A stretch of 64,000 bases of DNA, from contig DASQND010000028.1 in the NCBI GenBank assembly GCA_035645215.1, positions 9,241 to 73,240 of the forward strand. The letters are read 5' to 3'. Source of the stretch: Allosphingosinicella sp. GTDB lineage: Bacteria > Pseudomonadota > Alphaproteobacteria > Sphingomonadales > Sphingomonadaceae. A model generated the notes under the pieces. That model was given only the letters and a program-made list of their open reading frames with translations, was not told the DNA's origin and did not search any database. The position numbers and the translations under genes are program-made. Position 1 is the first letter of the stretch. The number at the start of each line of letters is the position of its first letter. Below are positions 50,143-59,304 of the stretch, piece after piece.

Positions 50143-50507
50143 CCGGCGATACCTGCCTTCAGCGTGAGCGACAGCAGCGCGCCCTCGGCAAAGCCGAACG
50201 AGCCGACCGGCCGGCCAAGGTCGAGGACCTCGCCGTCCTCGTTGCGCATGTCCCAGTTCTCGAGCGGCTGGCCCACATTCTCGCTCTTCTTCAGCGCCTT
50301 CTCGGCGACCTCTCCGAGCGTGTCGTTCAGCTTCGCCTTGATCTCGACCTCGCTGCCGCTGACCAGGACGATCAGGTCAACCTTGTCGTTGCCGCCGCCG
50401 TTGCCGTTGCCGCCGCCGCCATTGCCGCCGCCGCTATTGCCGCCGGCGCCATTGCCACCGCTGTTATTGTCCTTGTCTTTTCCCGTCTTTTCCGCCGTCA
50501 TGTTCAC
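50139..50507 (-). CDS. Ubiquitin-like protein (DUF2604-like, BilA-like) with a Gly/Asn-rich N-tail
   Basis: Beta-grasp-sized domain ending LKAGIAG; first gene of the operon. Confidence 0.85.
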   Translation of the reverse strand: MNMTAEKTGKDKDNNSGGNGAGGNSGGGNGGGGNGNGGGNDKVDLIVLVSGSEVEIKAKLNDTLGEVAEKALKKSENVGQPLENWDMRNEDGEVLDLGRPVGSFGFAEGALLSLTLKAGIAG

Positions 50508-50536
50508 CTCCGCGACTCGGGCCCGCCCAGCGCGGG

Positions 50537-50574
50537 TATAGAAACTATATCCGTTGCCTTTCGCGGCGGGTCAA
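50537..50574 (-). promoter_or_regulatory. Putative promoter of the Ubl operon with a palindromic operator
   Basis: TTGACC (50574-50569) -35 box; palindrome TATAG-AAA-CTATA (50537-50549) overlaps the -10 region. Confidence 0.5.
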
Positions 50575-50606
50575 GCCACTATGCGGTGGAGTGAGCGGGA
50601 GCGTGT

Positions 50607-51545
50607 GTGGAAGATCAACATAGGAATTTCGTCGATGATGTCGCGCGGCTGCGGTGGAACGTTCGCCGCCGACTGAAATTCATCGAGCTTCGGCTGTACT
50701 GGGAAGGTAGGATGAACCGGGGCGACCTGGTCGACTTCTTCAGCATAAGCGTGCCGCAGGCGTCGCAGGATCTTGCTCTGTACCAGGAGCTGGCCCCAGG
50801 GAACCTGCTCTATGACAAGACCGCCCGAACCTATGTGGCCGGACCGGATTTCCGGCCGCTCTTGAGCGAACCGTCGGCCGATGGGTATCTCGCCCAGCTG
50901 CGCTCTCTCGCTACCGGCGCGCTAGAGAGAAGCGACACCTGGATCGGCCGCCCACCTGCCTTCGCGGGCGCTCCGCGGCTGCGACGCGTGTATGACCGAG
51001 AGGTGCTTCGGAAGTTGGTCGCCTGCATTCATCGAAAGCGAGACGTGCGCGTACGCTACCTCTCCTTCTCAGATGACGTGCCGTCGGCCCGGACGATCGC
51101 TCCACACGCATTGGGTTTCGACGGCCAGAGATGGCACGTTCGGGCGTTCTGCCATCGCTCAGCCAGCTTCCGCGACTTCGTAATCGGACGGCTCAGCCAC
51201 TTGAACGTTTTGGAGCGGACAAAGGCAGAGGAGGATTGGGATCTTGAGTGGACAAGGCAGGTGGTCCTGTGTCTGCAGCCAAATCCGCGTCTGTCCGCCC
51301 AGATGAAAGCGGCGCTCGAGAGAGATCACGGCATGCGGGATGGCGCGCTCCATGTGACTACAACCGTCTGCTCATCATATTACCTGCAGAGCCAGCTTGA
51401 CCTCGACATTGACCCCGCGCTCCTTCCGCCGCAGCGGTTGCAACTCGTGCTGACGAACAGGAGCGAGGTTGCTCGTGCTCGGGAGGAGGCGAAAGTCGAG
51501 GCCGCGGAATTGATCAGGGCCGCGGGAATGCAGGCGACTGGCTGA
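50607..51545 (+). CDS. WYL-domain regulator (CapW/BrxR-like)
   Basis: RLKFIELRLYWEG.MNR.DL..FFSISVPQAS wHTH; IAPHALGFDGQRWHVRAFC...FRDFVIGR. Confidence 0.88.
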   Translation: MEDQHRNFVDDVARLRWNVRRRLKFIELRLYWEGRMNRGDLVDFFSISVPQASQDLALYQELAPGNLLYDKTARTYVAGPDFRPLLSEPSADGYLAQLRSLATGALERSDTWIGRPPAFAGAPRLRRVYDREVLRKLVACIHRKRDVRVRYLSFSDDVPSARTIAPHALGFDGQRWHVRAFCHRSASFRDFVIGRLSHLNVLERTKAEEDWDLEWTRQVVLCLQPNPRLSAQMKAALERDHGMRDGALHVTTTVCSSYYLQSQLDLDIDPALLPPQRLQLVLTNRSEVARAREEAKVEAAELIRAAGMQATG

Positions 51546-52114
51546 GCGCAAGGGCTCAGCCGGCGCTCATGATCGCCACTGCCTGAGGTCGGTGAAGCTT
51601 CGCCGTGCATAGCTCGACGTCTCTCAGTGCTTCTTGTCCTTCGGCGGGTTCGGATCGTTGCCTGAAGGCACCGTGTCGGAATCCTATAGCCGCCCGCATA
51701 ACGGAGGATGAGCGGCTTCGAATCGAGCAGGATCAAATTCACCGAGCAAGCCCGTCTCGCGGGCCGGATCGGTTATTATCTCGAGAACGCTCGCGCGGTC
51801 GCGGACCATGAAGGGCTGAGGCTACAATGTGCACGCGTCCGCGCTGAGGTCGAGGAGCTAGAGCCGGCGCTCGAATAGGAGGCCATAGAGGAGCGGCTCA
51901 CGACCGCTCTCAGTCTGGTTGGTCGTGACCTCAGCGCTTACGCGGGGCGCCTCGAGCTAGAGCATGGCGAGAACAGCCTTCGCCGAGATCGCAAGAACCT
52001 CATCGTCGTCGCGGACACCGTGGACGGGCCGCTCGCACTCCCCAGATCATCAGCGGCGACGGCATCAAGCTCGTGCCGATGGCGTGGCCGCGGTGATCCT
52101 GCCGAGCGACCGGG

Positions 52115-54022
52115 CTAGCCCGCAAAGATGATCTTCACGCCGCAGCCGAGCAGCAGCTGATAGAAGCTGTTGATCGTGTCCTTCGCCCCTCGCTGGGCGC
52201 AGTAGGTGAACAGGACGCGCTGCTTGGCGCGGGTGAAGGCGACGAAGAAGCCGGCGGTCGCCTCGGTTTGATCCTCCTTGAAGCTGCGGGCCCAAGCGCT
52301 GTCGTCCAAGCCGACAAAGATCACAGTGTGGTACTCGAGGCCCTTGCTCTTGTGGATCGTCATTAGCGGAACTGAGTGAAGCCCCTCATATGCGTCCAGG
52401 GCGGCTGCCCAGTTTGCCGCCCCGTCGGATGAGCCTTCGAGGTGTAGCGCCATCGCGTTCTCGAGCTTGGCGAACCAGCCGCCCTGCGCATAGGCCGGGT
52501 GCGCCGCCAAGAGCCGGTCCCTGCCGATGAAGTCGAGCACAACGCCGACGATTGAGCGAGCCTCCGTCGTGCTTGCCGGCGGCTTCGGGTTCTGCCGCTT
52601 CAGGTCTAGAACAAAGGCGTCGAGCTGGCGCGCGAACTGTGTGCGGCCCGCCTCGTCATCTGGGGCGACGCCATAGAGCGCGCCGAGCGCGTCCTGGCAT
52701 TCGGTCCAGAAACGGCCCGCGCGGGCCGTCATGGCGAGACGGAGTACGGCCACAAGCAGGTCTGACGCCCCATCCGCGAGGAGATCCTGCAATTGAACCG
52801 CGCCGATGCTGTCGGCTTCGTTGCGCAGCGGCACACCCGCGGCTCGGAACGCCGGTTCGAGCACCGCGGCGTACTTGTCGGCGCGCTGGCGCACGAGGAG
52901 GACGAAATCGCGAGGCGTCAGTCCGTGCTTTTCCATCTCGGACCGAACCAAGCCCGCCAGCTTTTCGGCCTCTTTATGGGGAGTCGAAAAGTCGAGGATG
53001 ATGCAGCTGTCTCCGCCCACGGTGGCTTTGGTTTTGGAGATCGGCTCAGCCGCGTGTGGATCAAGCGCCCGCGCGAGGACGTGCTGGATCTGAACCAGGC
53101 CGGGAGAGGACCGATAGTTGTTCAGGAGCTGCGTCCGGGTCACGTTGAAGTCGGCCGCCAGCGCGGCGAACGGGTCGGCCATCGCCATCGCCCAGCGCAT
53201 GATCTGCTGCTTGTTGTCGCCGACGGCGGTGACGATCGCTTCAGTTCCGGCGAAGATCGTTCGAACTAGATCGTATTGCACGTGCGTCGTGTCTTGGAAC
53301 TCGTCCATAAACAGATGCGAGTAGGTGAGCCTGAGCGCGTCGCGCACCATCGGGTTCAGCCGGAGCAGGAGCTCTGCCAGCCGACCGATCATCGGGAATG
53401 ACAGGCGGGATTTCGAGCCGGAGTGCAGTGACGTCTGCCAGAACCGGTCCGCCGCCCATAGACCGGGAGTCGGGCTCGTCCAACCGTCGATCGGAAGGGG
53501 CGCGCCGAGGAGGAGGTCGCGTTCGAACTTCTTCACGGAGATCGCCTGTAGGTCGGCGTACGTGCCGATCGTCTGTGGCGGCGCCCCTACCTGTTGGGTC
53601 AGAAACCCGCGGTAAAGGTCGTCGTTGGTCCACATGATTTCGTAATCGAACCTCGGCCGCCAGCGGTCGGGCAGCGCTTGGCCGAAACGGTCGACCAATC
53701 CTTTGGCGAACGCGTCGAAGGTCAAGGAGTCGAGCCGAGCGGCGTGGCTTGGGTGGCAGCGCTTGCGCACGCGCGCGGCAAGATTGGTCGCGGCATCGCG
53801 CTTGAAGCTGATCGCAAGGATTCGTTGCGGGGGCGGCGCGGCGCCCGTCTGGAGGAGGTAGGCCGCGCGCTGGGCGAGCAGTTCGGTCTTTCCAGCGCCC
53901 GGGCCGGCGATGACGGAGCGGTTGTCGGCGGAGCGCACCACCGCCATCGCGTTCGGCTCGAGCTCGTCGACTCCGATCGATCGCCAATCTTCCGGCCGCA
54001 CGCGCCGCGCCAGCACCGCCAT
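52115..54022 (-). CDS. gajB: Gabija UvrD-like helicase
   Basis: AGPGAGKT, DEFQDT, VGDNKQ, NNYRS, MTIHKSKGLEY, VAFTRAK; directly after an OLD nuclease gene. Confidence 0.85.
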   Translation of the reverse strand: MAVLARRVRPEDWRSIGVDELEPNAMAVVRSADNRSVIAGPGAGKTELLAQRAAYLLQTGAAPPPQRILAISFKRDAATNLAARVRKRCHPSHAARLDSLTFDAFAKGLVDRFGQALPDRWRPRFDYEIMWTNDDLYRGFLTQQVGAPPQTIGTYADLQAISVKKFERDLLLGAPLPIDGWTSPTPGLWAADRFWQTSLHSGSKSRLSFPMIGRLAELLLRLNPMVRDALRLTYSHLFMDEFQDTTHVQYDLVRTIFAGTEAIVTAVGDNKQQIMRWAMAMADPFAALAADFNVTRTQLLNNYRSSPGLVQIQHVLARALDPHAAEPISKTKATVGGDSCIILDFSTPHKEAEKLAGLVRSEMEKHGLTPRDFVLLVRQRADKYAAVLEPAFRAAGVPLRNEADSIGAVQLQDLLADGASDLLVAVLRLAMTARAGRFWTECQDALGALYGVAPDDEAGRTQFARQLDAFVLDLKRQNPKPPASTTEARSIVGVVLDFIGRDRLLAAHPAYAQGGWFAKLENAMALHLEGSSDGAANWAAALDAYEGLHSVPLMTIHKSKGLEYHTVIFVGLDDSAWARSFKEDQTEATAGFFVAFTRAKQRVLFTYCAQRGAKDTINSFYQLLLGCGVKIIFAG

Positions 54023-54024
54023 AG

Positions 54025-56010
54025 TCAGTCCCGCCTCAGCTTGTCAGCCACGTGCTGGAGCACCTCGGCCAGCACAGGCGGCATGTCGTTATTCAGTGCA
54101 GCCTTCTTCAAGTGCGCGAGCGCGGCCAGATGCGTGGCAGGCTTGCTGCGGGTGAGGAAGTGATACCGATAGGCCGGCATCAGGTTCAGGTATGGGGCGA
54201 AGACTCCCTTGTATACCGAGGTGCCTGGGCCGGCGGTGCCGAGCACGGCCTCAGTCGCCTTCTCGACCGTCATCTTCGGCCCGCCCCCTGCTGGGATCGT
54301 GGCCTCATAGGCAGCCGGGAACGCCTGCAGCATGGCAAGGTCCAGGTCGAGCGGGGCCGAGAAGAAGACGCCGTGTGCCTTGAGGCTGTCGACCCAAGCC
54401 TTGAGATTGGTCAATTCGTCGGTGTCCTGCCACTCGTGCATGGCTTCGAGCTGTTCGTCGGGAAGCTGGCTGCCGTCCCCGAGCTTCAGCAGCGTCTCCT
54501 TTGGCACATCGATCTCGATGAGTTGTTTGATTGCGGTTTTCACGCGCCCGAAGCCGCCGCCGTCGCGGCCGAGGTCCAGGTCCAATAAAGTCGCATACGG
54601 GATCCCGAGTTCGGCGAGCAGTCGCCAGAAATGCTGCACGTGCCTGCCGCCGAGCGGAACGATCGCAACGAAGGCTGGGTCGATGAGCAGGTTTAGAGCT
54701 TCGGCGAGCCGGGGGAGCACGACTCGTTCGGAGTCGCCCTCGACCAGCAGCACGAAGCGGGCAAAGTAGAGTTCGGGGTAGGCGAGCAGCGCGCCGCGAA
54801 CGAACTTCACGTCCTCTGCATCGCCGGTCGGCTTTTTGATCTTCTTGACCGAGGACGTCCGTTCGTCCGGGTCGCACCGGCAGTAGCGAACTTCGTCCGG
54901 TTCCACCCGGCTCAGCACAGCGGGTGAGTGGCTGGTGATGATCGCCTGCGCGCCACCGTCTTCGGTCAACGAGCGAACCTGCTTCACGATGCGGGCGAGG
55001 AAGAAGGGGGAGAGGTGGTTTTCGGGCTCTTCCAGAGCGAAGATCGTCAGCGCCGGGATCGTGAGTTCATCGTCCTGGAATCCTTCGACCTCGCCCGCAA
55101 CGACCTGACGTTCGAGGTCGAACACGGCGGCGGCGAGCGCGAAGTAGAACAAGGATTGCTGCCCGTCGCTCAGCGCCTCAAGGCCGCGTTCCTGACCGTG
55201 CGGACCCCGTTCGAAGACCACAGCAACCCTGTTGATCACTTCTTCGAAGCGGCGGCTGACCAGGCTCAGCCGCGGTTTGGTGTCAACGACCTCGTCGTGC
55301 AGGTCGGACCACCTTGCTTGGAGCGCCTCGCCGATCGCGGCGATGGCCTCCTCTTCGTCGAACGCGTCCGAGAGCGTGGTGCTGGCTTCCTCGACGGCTT
55401 GCTTGGTGTCCTCCGTCCATTCAATCGCGCGTAGAAGGCGGGCGGCAAGAGCGCCGGTGGTCGCGCGAACCTGGGCGGCGGCGTCGCGGCTGGCGGGCGT
55501 GTAGTAGAGCTGGATCAGGCCGCGATCGGCCGCTGCGACCGGGTGCTTCTTGTCGTCCGGCGGATCCGCATCCAGGCAGTCGATCCAATATAGGTTCTGC
55601 GACACCTCGCCTTCGGCGGTCTTGTCGTCCTCCCACCGCGCTTCGAGGCGCAGCCGGCACACCGGCGCCTTGCCGGTCCGCGTGAGCAGCATGTGGCGGA
55701 ACGAGGGTGCGATGGTCTCAGGCGTCGCACTCCCGTCGGCCAGTTCCGGCAGGCCGATCAGGACGTCGATGTAGAGCTCCATGGGCTCACGGTCGTCGGG
55801 ATCGTCTTCGGGGCCGAGGTGGAAATCCGATCGATGGATGGTCCTCTGCGCCCGGCTCACGCCGAAGAGCTTGGCGAGCGCGTGGAGCAGGGCGGTCTTA
55901 CCGGCCCCGTTCGGGCCGACGACGGCTGTGATCTCGGGCGCGAGTGGAACCACAACGGGATCGGCACCAAAGGATCGGAAGCCGGAGAGAGTCACGTTTT
56001 CGATGAGCAC
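54025..56010 (-). CDS. gajA: Gabija OLD-family nuclease (ABC ATPase plus TOPRIM)
   Basis: GFRSF, GPNGAGKT, LSDGQQ, LEEPENHL, LLVEGDSE, DLD. Confidence 0.88.
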   Translation of the reverse strand: MLIENVTLSGFRSFGADPVVVPLAPEITAVVGPNGAGKTALLHALAKLFGVSRAQRTIHRSDFHLGPEDDPDDREPMELYIDVLIGLPELADGSATPETIAPSFRHMLLTRTGKAPVCRLRLEARWEDDKTAEGEVSQNLYWIDCLDADPPDDKKHPVAAADRGLIQLYYTPASRDAAAQVRATTGALAARLLRAIEWTEDTKQAVEEASTTLSDAFDEEEAIAAIGEALQARWSDLHDEVVDTKPRLSLVSRRFEEVINRVAVVFERGPHGQERGLEALSDGQQSLFYFALAAAVFDLERQVVAGEVEGFQDDELTIPALTIFALEEPENHLSPFFLARIVKQVRSLTEDGGAQAIITSHSPAVLSRVEPDEVRYCRCDPDERTSSVKKIKKPTGDAEDVKFVRGALLAYPELYFARFVLLVEGDSERVVLPRLAEALNLLIDPAFVAIVPLGGRHVQHFWRLLAELGIPYATLLDLDLGRDGGGFGRVKTAIKQLIEIDVPKETLLKLGDGSQLPDEQLEAMHEWQDTDELTNLKAWVDSLKAHGVFFSAPLDLDLAMLQAFPAAYEATIPAGGGPKMTVEKATEAVLGTAGPGTSVYKGVFAPYLNLMPAYRYHFLTRSKPATHLAALAHLKKAALNNDMPPVLAEVLQHVADKLRRD

Positions 56011-56313
56011 GATAGATTACTCGACGTTGGAGCCGGGATCAGTGTCCTAGCTCAGGACCGCTTGGTAACGGCAGCAAATCCATTCCCCAATGACAAGGGG
56101 AAACGGCAGCTAGGCTGAACTGAGGGGTATTAGGGGTCTTAAGCTCTTAACCCGCCGTTCCGCTGGTCCGCAATCGGCCAGAAGCAGTCGATAGCTGCCA
56201 TCCGGCTTCGTCGCAATCATCGCCATGTCTCTTCGCAGCGAGCGTTAATCTGGTGCTGCCACCAATTCCCTAATCCACGTGAACGTAATCATAGGCTGTC
56301 TCAATATCAGTGT

Positions 56314-56434
56314 CAGGTTGTGCCAGTCTCATGGAGACCAGCGAAATGCGTCGCTAGATATCCGCGCAGCCGTTCACTCAGCACTGCCAATGTCACCATA
56401 GGTCGGCTTAATGCCAATTGCAGGTTGTGCCAGT
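56314..56434. repeat. 14-bp direct repeat CAGGTTGTGCCAGT
   Basis: Exact copies at 56314-56327 and 56421-56434, with further TGCCA partial copies between them. Confidence 0.6.
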
Positions 56435-56514
56435 GCCAGGGACAGCGCGGCCGCTCGGCTGCTTTTTAATCAAGTGCAAAAAATTTGAAGCCTTTATCGC
56501 AAGCGGCAAATACC

Positions 56515-56545
56515 TGGTGGCGGTGACGGGTTCGAGCCGCGGACC
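56515..56545 (-). other. Degenerate tRNA 3'-end fragment (att-like)
   Basis: Minus strand reads ggtccgcggctcgaacccgtcaccgccACCA (T-arm-like region, acceptor, CCA), 45 bp from the recombinase stop. Confidence 0.55.
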
Positions 56546-56590
56546 GTCCGTCAATCACCTTGTGTCAAAGTCGAGTTAGTTCGGTTATAA

Positions 56591-57499
56591 TCAACATTGC
56601 TGCGGCTCAAGGCGCGCTAAAAGCGATGCGTTTTCCAGCGCCATTCGCAAGCCGACATCCCCTACGTGCGCATAGATCGCAGTGGTGGCGATATTTTCGT
56701 GGCCCAAGAGTCTTTGTAAGAACCGCAAATCTACGCCATCTTCCAGAAGCAAAGTCGCGCACGTGTGCCGCAACATGTGTGGAGTAACGTGGACGTCTAC
56801 ACCGGCTGAAACAGCGAAGCGTCGGAGGGACCGACGTACCGATTGGGTCGACCACGGTTCACCTTCGACGCTGAAAAGCGACTGGGCTCGCTGCCTATTG
56901 GCTAATTGGCCGAGGAGCATTCGAAGGGGTTCGTCCACTACGAACACGCGTCGCTCCCGGCGGCCCTTCCCTTGTACATGCAAACCCCCGCCATCAAGGT
57001 GGAAGTCAGCTGGTCGAAGACGAACGAGCTCATCGACCCGCAGTCCAGTTGAGATGAGAAGCAGGACTGCGGCCGGGAACGCTTTGCGGATCAATGCGAT
57101 GTGGCGATCTGCGCAGATGCGGCGGGCGGCCGACGCGAGCAGAATTGCATCACTTCGCGCTAAGCAGCGTGGCAATGACTTCGCGCGAGGTAGCTGCATG
57201 TCGAGGTTGGAAAAGGGCGATCGATCTAGATCACCCGATCGGACTAGATCCTTATAGAATCCTCGAAGGCACGCCATTCGCCGACGTACGGTGCGGGGCG
57301 CCGCTGATCTCGCAGTAGCAAGGTACCTAGCATAAGCAAGGACAGTGTCCTCGTGTCGGCCGCATAATTTTGCTTGCGCGACGAAGGCTACATAGTTTCG
57401 CAGATCGCTCGTATATGCACGGATCGTGTGCTCCGAGGGGTCACGTGTCGACTTCAAGCGGCTCACGTAGACAGCCGCCATCTCCTCTGTGAGCAGCAC
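56591..57499 (-). CDS. XerC/D-like tyrosine recombinase
   Basis: TGLRVDEL, GKG, HMLRH, LGH, TAIY: complete R-K-H-R-H-Y set; no arm-binding domain at 302 aa. Confidence 0.93.
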   Translation of the reverse strand: MLLTEEMAAVYVSRLKSTRDPSEHTIRAYTSDLRNYVAFVAQAKLCGRHEDTVLAYARYLATARSAAPRTVRRRMACLRGFYKDLVRSGDLDRSPFSNLDMQLPRAKSLPRCLARSDAILLASAARRICADRHIALIRKAFPAAVLLLISTGLRVDELVRLRPADFHLDGGGLHVQGKGRRERRVFVVDEPLRMLLGQLANRQRAQSLFSVEGEPWSTQSVRRSLRRFAVSAGVDVHVTPHMLRHTCATLLLEDGVDLRFLQRLLGHENIATTAIYAHVGDVGLRMALENASLLARLEPQQC

Positions 57500-57637
57500 G
57501 CGTATATCCCCATACGCGGAGGGAGCCGCGGCTCATCAGATTACCGGATGGAACTCCATAATGGACATTGTTTTCGAAGTGCTTGCCGGCTTCCGACGCC
57601 TCTCGAGATAGGCTAGCGTGTCGGTAAGAGGCAGATG

Positions 57638-57659
57638 GATAACTCGGAATTATGAGCGA
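57638..57659 (+). repeat. Site A1, GATAACTCGGAATTATGAGCGA (contains the start codon at 57652)
   Basis: Perfect 22-bp inverted repeat with 60339-60360. Confidence 0.85.
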
Positions 57660-59304
57660 TCGGGCACCGCAATTCGCTCTGATTGATGCGTTCGTTTCCC
57701 GGGAATCTCAGGGCGAGGAGGTGGATGTACTCGTCGTGCCGAAGGTCGACCGCCGGATGGAGGTCAAACTGGCGGAGCGGACACCCAACCGTCGTGTGCC
57801 GATCGTGGACAATGAGCACGAATTGCTCAATCGCTGCGAGCAGCTCGAGAAGAAGCTGAAGTATTTGAAGCCGCGAAAAATGTTTGCCGACTTCCTCTCC
57901 TCGAGCGTCAGCCTGGTCTACGGGCCCGATGGGGTGCCCGGCTCATTTCGTCTCGGCGTCTTCGATTGGATGGCCTCGTCTGAGGAGCCGCTTCCGACGC
58001 TCATGGTGGTACGCCGCAATCAGGCCCGCGGGGAAACCCTATGCCGATTCCTGGCCGCCTTTCGGAAGGTGCCTCCGTCGCTTCGCCCGAAAATTGTCTT
58101 GGACGCGGAGGACAGCTTCACCGCCGCACGCCACCTGCTTCGGCACGCGCGCGACAATATCGCGATGTTCGTACCAGGCGCCGGCAGGCTCGAGCGTGGG
58201 CTTATCGAGCCGGCTGAAATCACGCTGGAGCGCTTCCCGGAAGCGCTCCTTTCCGGAGCCTTCTCGGCCTGCGCCGAAATGCCGATCGATGAGCCGAGCG
58301 CCTCGGCTCCGATCGAAGAGAAGCGGCGCTTTGCCGTCCTTCTTTATCAAAGAATACAGTCGAACAAAGGATGCGATCGCCGTTTCGAAGCGGCGGACGA
58401 CGTCGTGAGGCTGGAGGCGTTCCTGCGCTTGGCGCTGGACGAGGCGGGCGACCGCGACCGCGCCTGGCTTTCTGAAGCGCTCGCATTTGCGCTGCTTGAT
58501 CGAAGCTATGTTCTGGAGGAGGGGCGCGCGCCGATCGAGCACGCGCTTCACATCGCACAGGCGCTCGGCGACGAGGAGCTCGTGGCATGGGTCCAGCGGC
58601 ATGCGAATATAGCGGCCGGAGTGACGCCTTTCGCATCTGAACTCCTTCAACGCTCAACGGAGGTGCTTCAGAGGGCCGGCCGCTTCGCTCAGGCAGCCTA
58701 CGCCGCGACGAACCTCACGATAACAGACTTGCACCGGGTCGACCGGCCGATCGATCTTCCGAGAGCCGAGGCCGTCGTGGACTACGTGCTCGACTGGGCC
58801 CCCTACTGCGATCGCCTCGGCTCGATCATCAATGCCGCGGGTGCCGCTGCGTTGCTCGCCGGGAACTACGGTCGTGCCGCAGAGCTGTTCGAACATGCCG
58901 CCAAGTCGAACGGCGGGCGGCTCCATCGCGTCTCGGCTCAAGTCAATCTGTTGATCGCCCAACATGTCGACGGGACGCGTCACAGCGCGGACGCGGTGGA
59001 ACGGTTGTTCCGATCAATCGTGATCTCGGGGATGTCGAAGAAGCTCAATTATCATCACGTCTACCTGCTGGCGAACCTCGTCCCGCTCACCCGGTCGAAG
59101 GCTTTGAAGGCAAGGATACGCGCGCATCTGACGGATGCCCGCTACATGGATTATGAAGACGATGTGGTTCGCGACGATCGGCTTTTGGCGTTCCTGGCTT
59201 CACGATTCACGATGATCGCCGACGGCCGCAGCTTCCGCGGCCATCGAGGACGGTTCGTGGAGACTTACAACCTGCTCCCGCTCGCGCAGTTCATTTGGAA
59301 CTGA
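57652..59304 (+). CDS. Hypothetical 550-aa protein with a helical, TPR-like C-terminal half
   Basis: Long ORF; AAYAATNL and AAELFEHAA repeat-like helices. Confidence 0.7.
   Translation: MSDRAPQFALIDAFVSRESQGEEVDVLVVPKVDRRMEVKLAERTPNRRVPIVDNEHELLNRCEQLEKKLKYLKPRKMFADFLSSSVSLVYGPDGVPGSFRLGVFDWMASSEEPLPTLMVVRRNQARGETLCRFLAAFRKVPPSLRPKIVLDAEDSFTAARHLLRHARDNIAMFVPGAGRLERGLIEPAEITLERFPEALLSGAFSACAEMPIDEPSASAPIEEKRRFAVLLYQRIQSNKGCDRRFEAADDVVRLEAFLRLALDEAGDRDRAWLSEALAFALLDRSYVLEEGRAPIEHALHIAQALGDEELVAWVQRHANIAAGVTPFASELLQRSTEVLQRAGRFAQAAYAATNLTITDLHRVDRPIDLPRAEAVVDYVLDWAPYCDRLGSIINAAGAAALLAGNYGRAAELFEHAAKSNGGRLHRVSAQVNLLIAQHVDGTRHSADAVERLFRSIVISGMSKKLNYHHVYLLANLVPLTRSKALKARIRAHLTDARYMDYEDDVVRDDRLLAFLASRFTMIADGRSFRGHRGRFVETYNLLPLAQFIWN

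Noticed and set aside
45551-50507. CBASS type II (Cap2/Cap3) interpretation
   Set aside because: No CD-NTase gene; E1 and E2 are separate and a dedicated Ubl is present, which fits Bil-like systems.
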